From NCBI GenBank assembly GCA_028870995.1, contig JAGWOI010000005.1, positions 39,807-103,806 of the forward strand: a stretch of DNA of 64,000 bases, written 5' to 3'. Shown piece after piece: positions 60,099 to 64,000 of the stretch (position 1 is its first letter; every line of letters begins with the position of its first letter). The stretch is from Candidatus Omnitrophota bacterium. GTDB lineage: Bacteria; Omnitrophota; Gorgyraeia; Zapsychrales; Fredricksoniimonadaceae. Below the pieces are notes generated by a model that made no database searches, was not told the origin of the DNA, and saw only the letters and a program-made list of their open reading frames with translations. Both the position numbers and the translations under genes were made by a program.

Positions 60099-60766
60099 GC
60101 GTCGTTTTTACCAACGCGTGGGGGATCTTACTTAAAGGCGGTCCTATGATCTGGCCGATCCTGCTGCTATCCATATTGGCCGTCTCGGTGGGGCTTGAGA
60201 AGTTTTTGTTTTTGAATGCCGTCGACAAACATATCCGGCGATTCAGGCCCGATTTTTTCAAGGCCGTGCGGGAAGGGCGCATGAAGGAAGCCATGGCCCT
60301 TTGCGAAGAACGGCCCGACGGTTTGGGACCTGTTTGCAAGGCCGGTTTGATGAAATTCGGGTTTTCCGTCGATTTGATGAGGGCCAAGATGGCTGAAGCG
60401 GCCGATTTCGAAATCCATGCCTTGAAGGAGCGCATGGACCTGCTGGCTTTTGTGGTCAATGCCGCCCCTTTGCTGGGCCTGTTGGGGACAACAGTGGCCT
60501 TTTGTGTGGTATTTCACGCTGCGCAGATGCGTTCCAATGCCCTGAATCCCTTAAGCCTCGGGGACATGTCCTCGGGGATATGGCAGGCGCTGGTGACGAC
60601 GTCGGCCGGTTTGGCCGTGGGTATTATCAGTTTTGCCATTTACGCCTTTTGCGCCTCGCGGGTCAACCGTGTTATTTCAGATTTTGAACAAACCATCAGC
60701 GAGACGGTGGGTCTTTTGCAGTCCGTTTCGCAATCGATCGATGAAAACAGGGACGGGGGATCATGA
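60095..60766 (+). CDS. MotA/TolQ/ExbB-family proton-channel protein
   Basis: 223 aa; 3 TM helices in the TolQ/ExbB arrangement; conserved C-terminal TM segment (GLLGTTVAF ... ALVTTSAGLAVGI). Confidence 0.85.
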   Translation: MSVVFTNAWGILLKGGPMIWPILLLSILAVSVGLEKFLFLNAVDKHIRRFRPDFFKAVREGRMKEAMALCEERPDGLGPVCKAGLMKFGFSVDLMRAKMAEAADFEIHALKERMDLLAFVVNAAPLLGLLGTTVAFCVVFHAAQMRSNALNPLSLGDMSSGIWQALVTTSAGLAVGIISFAIYAFCASRVNRVISDFEQTISETVGLLQSVSQSIDENRDGGS

Positions 60767-61155
60767 GTCTTGAGCATTCGAGGGTCAGGACCAATATCTT
60801 TCATCCCGTCTTGGGCGTTGCTTTTATCAATTTTGTTTTGACGATGGCGGTTTTGATCATGTCCGCCACCGTCTTTGCAAAGCCCGCCGGCGTGCTGATG
60901 GAACTGCCCTCCTCGAGGGAGGATTTTCCGGCCGAGGGGATCGTCATCAAGATCACGAGCGAGAACGTCATTTATATCGACAGGCATGTGGTCACCCTGA
61001 CTGAGCTGAAGAGTTTTCTGGTCCGGGAAGGCCAGGCTTTAAGCGTGCTGACCGTTAAGGCCGACAGCCGCGCTTCCATGGGACGTGTGGCCGATGTTCT
61101 TAATTTATGCCGGGGTCTTTCAGGGGTACAGGTTAATGTCGGGACGGTTCTTTAA
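60763..61155 (+). CDS. ExbD/TolR-family protein
   Basis: 130 aa; single N-terminal TM (INFVLTMAVLIMSATVF) and a periplasmic domain. Confidence 0.85.
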   Translation: MSLEHSRVRTNIFHPVLGVAFINFVLTMAVLIMSATVFAKPAGVLMELPSSREDFPAEGIVIKITSENVIYIDRHVVTLTELKSFLVREGQALSVLTVKADSRASMGRVADVLNLCRGLSGVQVNVGTVL

Positions 61156-61414
61156 GATCCTGTTCGGTGTTATTTTAGCTCATGGGCTTGGGCTTACGTT
61201 CGTCTGGGTGGGTTTTTTTACACCTTTGTCCAGGCCTCCGGCTGTTTTTATTTACCAAGGTTTTTTGCCGCCAGGGGAGGCTGTAAGCGCGCGGCAAGCC
61301 TGGCCAAAAGAAAAGTTGCCTCTCGGCTATGACCGTGCCGTGGAGAATTCGAATCGCTGGATGGCCCTGAGAGGCCCACAAAAACCTTCGCACCATGTTT
61401 ATTTGGGATTTTAA
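61136..61414 (+). CDS. small TonB/TolA-like membrane-anchor protein (TM + Pro-rich segment, no C-terminal TonB domain)
   Basis: 92 aa from an internal ATG overlapping the exbD stop; TM FKILFGVILAHGLGLTFVWVGFF then PLSRPPAVFIYQGFLPPGE. Confidence 0.4.
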   Translation: MSGRFFKILFGVILAHGLGLTFVWVGFFTPLSRPPAVFIYQGFLPPGEAVSARQAWPKEKLPLGYDRAVENSNRWMALRGPQKPSHHVYLGF

Positions 61415-61619
61415 CGTTATAGTGGCCTTGAGCTTAGGGCTGGCCCTCACGGTTGTGCTGGCTGCATGGGTGTTCTATACTTTAAAAAGAAGGCGTCCGG
61501 CGGTTTTAAGCGAGCAGGAGTTCTTTAAGCAGTGCGGGTTTTGCGGCTTCCTGTATTTTGATTATTCAAAAAAATCGCCTGGCACCTGTCCGCGCTGCGG
61601 CAGTTATCAGGATAGATGA
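61395..61619 (+). CDS. small membrane protein with a C-terminal zinc ribbon (CxxC-x17-CxxC)
   Basis: 74 aa; TM VIVALSLGLALTVVLAAWVFY; CGFCG...CPRCG. Confidence 0.45.
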   Translation: MFIWDFNVIVALSLGLALTVVLAAWVFYTLKRRRPAVLSEQEFFKQCGFCGFLYFDYSKKSPGTCPRCGSYQDR

Positions 61620-61644
61620 GACCGTCATTCTAGAAGGAGTTGGC

Positions 61645-61980
61645 ATGTTCCCTCAGTTTAAAAAGATCGATAATGAATCCGGGATCATCCTTTTTGTGGT
61701 GTTGATGACGGCCATCATCATCATGCTTTTTGCCTTGGGGATATTGACCCAAAGCCTGAACGAAATCAATTACGCCCAGCAGCAGATCGACCAGATCGCC
61801 ACGGACGAACTGTCCAGGGGCATGTTCTGGAATTGGTATTCCACCAGCAGCACCGCTCCCGCAAGCCCGTCCGGTACGATGACCATTAACAATAGGACTT
61901 ATGGCTGGTCCATGAGCTATTTGGGCGCTTCCACTTCCAATCAGGTCAGCGTCACCGCCAACTATGATACCTTCCAATAA
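61645..61980 (+). CDS. PilX-N/GspK-like minor (pseudo)pilin-like protein
   Basis: GGAG RBS; N-terminus NESGIILFVVLMTAIIIMLFALGI resembles the PilX_N hydrophobic segment; Ser/Thr-rich C-terminus. Confidence 0.4.
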   Translation: MFPQFKKIDNESGIILFVVLMTAIIIMLFALGILTQSLNEINYAQQQIDQIATDELSRGMFWNWYSTSSTAPASPSGTMTINNRTYGWSMSYLGASTSNQVSVTANYDTFQ

Positions 61981-61997
61981 TTTTCACCAAACAGCGG

Positions 61998-62026
61998 TTG
62001 ACAAAGGCTTGCTGATATTGTCTAAT
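61998..62026 (+). promoter_or_regulatory. putative promoter (TTGACA - 17 nt - TCTAAT) upstream of pilM-N
   Basis: Consensus -35 with a 5/6 -10, about 50 nt upstream of the 62076 start. Confidence 0.35.
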
Positions 62027-62075
62027 AAAATTTAAAAGATATTTATAATTTTTCACCCTTATGAAATAAAGGGCC

Positions 62076-63605
62076 ATGGCTTCTGTCAAAAGAATAGGCT
62101 TCTTTTTAGGCGATGATAAGATCACCCTTATCGAGTTCGAAAGAAATTCGCCCGTACGTATCATCGCCGCGCCCTTAGGTTTGAAGGGCGGCAGCGCTTC
62201 CGCTTTTTCATCCGATCTCACCGAAGAAATCCAGATCATCGCCGTCCTTAAGAAAATGCTCCAGGACGGCCGGATCGCCAACGGCGTCTTTCATGTGTCC
62301 CTGCCCATGAAGGAGATCATTCTGCGTTCCTTCGTGATCCCGTTTGTCAAGACGGATGATCTGGCGAATGCCATTAAATTTGAGGCCAAAAGGTACCTGC
62401 CGTTCGACATCCAGGATCTGTCTTATGTTTTTCACACCATGCCTATCTCCGATGGGACGCAAAAACAGCTGCAGGTCATCTTCTTTGCCGCCCGTAAAGA
62501 CGTTCTGTCCCGCTATGAACGCATTTTTGCCCAAGTGAATATGCCCGTCTCCCATGGGGAGCCGTATATCGTCAGTCTGACCAAGGCTCTGTTGTTCAGG
62601 AAGGAGATCCGGTCTTCCGAACACCTGGCTTTTTTGACGCTGGACCAGAATTTTGGCCGTATTTGTTTTATCAATAACGGCATACCGCAGTTCATCCGGG
62701 AATTTTCCGTCGGAGCCGCCATTCAATCGGAAGAAGAGGCGCAGCCGGCAGAGAATATTACGCCTAAAATCGTCAATGAAGTGGGTAATTCCTTCGAGTT
62801 CTATTCAAGGCAATTCAACGGCGAAGGGATCAAAAACATGCTGGTGTTGTCTGAATTCGTCCAGAAGGACCTGCTGGAGGCGTTGGAGGCGGAGTTAAAA
62901 TTAAAGGTCTCGAAATTTTCTCCCGTCATCAATACCGGGGCTTTTGGGCAAAGCAACGACATCGATGCCATTTACGCCATGGGTGCCTGTGTCCCGCCTT
63001 CGGTCGACGCCCTGGCCCAATTTAATTTTATCGAAGACAAGACCACTGTTCCCTCCGCCGGGGAGAAGGCTTTCAAGGCGCTCAAGCCTTTCAAGGAAAA
63101 TATCCTGGCCCTTGTCATCAGCCTTATCTTTCTGATCGCCATCTATGCTTTTTTCCAGCTGCGCTTGCAATTGATTCAAGGGCAATACAAGCGACTGACA
63201 GCCAAGGAAGGCGCTTTCTTAATCCAGAGCCAGGGGGACATAGAGGCCCTGCTCCAGAAAAGCGCCGATAAATTGCATCAGTATAAGAATGTCAGTATCC
63301 GAAGCGATCTGGCAGGTCTGATTTTACGTTTGGCCTCCCACGTGCCTCAAGGGACGCTGTTGACAAAGTTGACGATTGATAACAGCCTGGGTGATACCAA
63401 GGATGCGCACATGACCATTGACATCGAAGGGGTTGTGGTTGTTGGAGGGGCCAATGAACAAATAGCGTCGGTAAGGAATATGTTTTCCGATTTTCAGGAC
63501 GATAAGGAATTGGCTAAGGTCATCAGTAATGTGAGTTTGGGATCATTAAGCCGCCAAACCTATAAGGGTAAAGAAGCGACAGGGTTCACCATCCATTTTT
63601 CATAA
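62076..63605 (+). CDS. type IV pilus assembly PilM-PilN fusion protein
   Basis: N-terminal actin-like PilM region (FEAKRYLPFDIQDLSYVF ... VIFFAARKDV); TM plus coiled coil (ILALVISLIFLIAIYAFFQLRLQLIQ) and a periplasmic PilN-like domain. Confidence 0.7.
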   Translation: MASVKRIGFFLGDDKITLIEFERNSPVRIIAAPLGLKGGSASAFSSDLTEEIQIIAVLKKMLQDGRIANGVFHVSLPMKEIILRSFVIPFVKTDDLANAIKFEAKRYLPFDIQDLSYVFHTMPISDGTQKQLQVIFFAARKDVLSRYERIFAQVNMPVSHGEPYIVSLTKALLFRKEIRSSEHLAFLTLDQNFGRICFINNGIPQFIREFSVGAAIQSEEEAQPAENITPKIVNEVGNSFEFYSRQFNGEGIKNMLVLSEFVQKDLLEALEAELKLKVSKFSPVINTGAFGQSNDIDAIYAMGACVPPSVDALAQFNFIEDKTTVPSAGEKAFKALKPFKENILALVISLIFLIAIYAFFQLRLQLIQGQYKRLTAKEGAFLIQSQGDIEALLQKSADKLHQYKNVSIRSDLAGLILRLASHVPQGTLLTKLTIDNSLGDTKDAHMTIDIEGVVVVGGANEQIASVRNMFSDFQDDKELAKVISNVSLGSLSRQTYKGKEATGFTIHFS

Positions 63606-63610
63606 ACCTT

Positions 63611-64000
63611 ATGCTGAATCTAGATAAAATCAGTAAAGCCCCACAGGTCAACCTCAGTGATCTTAATTTAAAACAGGTGACCACGCTTTTGATCGAATAC
63701 CGTAAGGCGATCAATATCCTGCTGTTGATAGGCGCCCTGATTTGGGCGGCCATGATGTTTATGGACTACCGTTCCAAGGCCGAGACGCTGCGTACGCAGA
63801 TTGCGCGTGAACAGGCCAAACTCAATGTCATCAATGAGCTTAATAAGTCCGATCAAAATTTTAATGAGTTCCGTTCTTCCCTGCCCAGGCGGCTCAATGA
63901 ATTCGAGTTGGCGACACAGATCTCCAAGGATGCCGACCAGTATCATATCAACCTCCCGTCTTTTAACTCAGCGGTCCCGTCTAAGGACAAGGGAATATAT
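63611..64000 (+). CDS. PilO/PilN-like bitopic protein (TM + coiled coil); 3' end outside window
   Basis: ATG 5 nt after the preceding stop; open frame to the window end; TM ILLLIGALIWAAMMF followed by a coiled-coil segment. Confidence 0.5.
   Translation, partial: MLNLDKISKAPQVNLSDLNLKQVTTLLIEYRKAINILLLIGALIWAAMMFMDYRSKAETLRTQIAREQAKLNVINELNKSDQNFNEFRSSLPRRLNEFELATQISKDADQYHINLPSFNSAVPSKDKGIY

Noticed and set aside
1-64000. Search for tRNA or rRNA genes, transposases, integrases, phage genes, CRISPR arrays and restriction-modification or toxin-antitoxin pairs
   Set aside because: No intergenic region is long enough or cloverleaf-like for a tRNA; no ORF resembles a transposase, integrase or phage protein; there are no repeat-spacer arrays. 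The window looks like a core chromosome rather than an accessory island.

Overview
This ~64 kb window looks like a chromosomal segment of a bacterium (roughly 50-55% GC) with gene-dense, mostly + strand coding and many overlapping stop/start junctions. Nearly all of it is core metabolism. In order: (1) a partial sensor histidine kinase, then leuC-leuD-ilvD-aroC with a consensus sigma70 promoter; (2) a Trx-like [2Fe-2S] ferredoxin, a TPR protein, a flavin reductase, a long acyl-CoA dehydrogenase and an NTE-like cNMP-binding/patatin phospholipase; (3) an Fe-S cluster assembly operon nfu-phhB(PCD)-rrf2-sufBCDSU; (4) moaA preceded by a structured, riboswitch-like leader; (5) a minus-strand operon ispH-fdx-moaE-murB divergent from ispG; (6) an M42 peptidase, a GH26-like hydrolase, bcp, a membrane GGDEF cyclase, a VOC protein and a PHP phosphatase; (7) folE-pteridine reductase-folB, fabG-acpP-fabF, a DmlA/TtuC-type IMDH-family dehydrogenase, asd, truA, rplM-rpsI; (8) a long co-directional biosynthetic array argCJBDFGH-lysA-dapFAB-dapL-folK-panC-nadX; (9) a small Lys-rich tandem-repeat protein, then uvrA; (10) at the 3' end, an 818-aa TPR protein, TolQ/ExbB-TolR/ExbD, a TonB/TolA-like stub, a zinc-ribbon membrane protein and type IV pilus-like PilX/PilM-N/PilO genes. 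I found no rRNA, tRNA, CRISPR array, transposase or integrase. The most unusual items are the 3' Tol-like plus T4P-like envelope cluster, the tri-domain cNMP/pseudo-ParA/patatin protein, the moaA leader RNA structure and the Lys-rich repeat protein. All calls come from reading the translations; no database search was possible.
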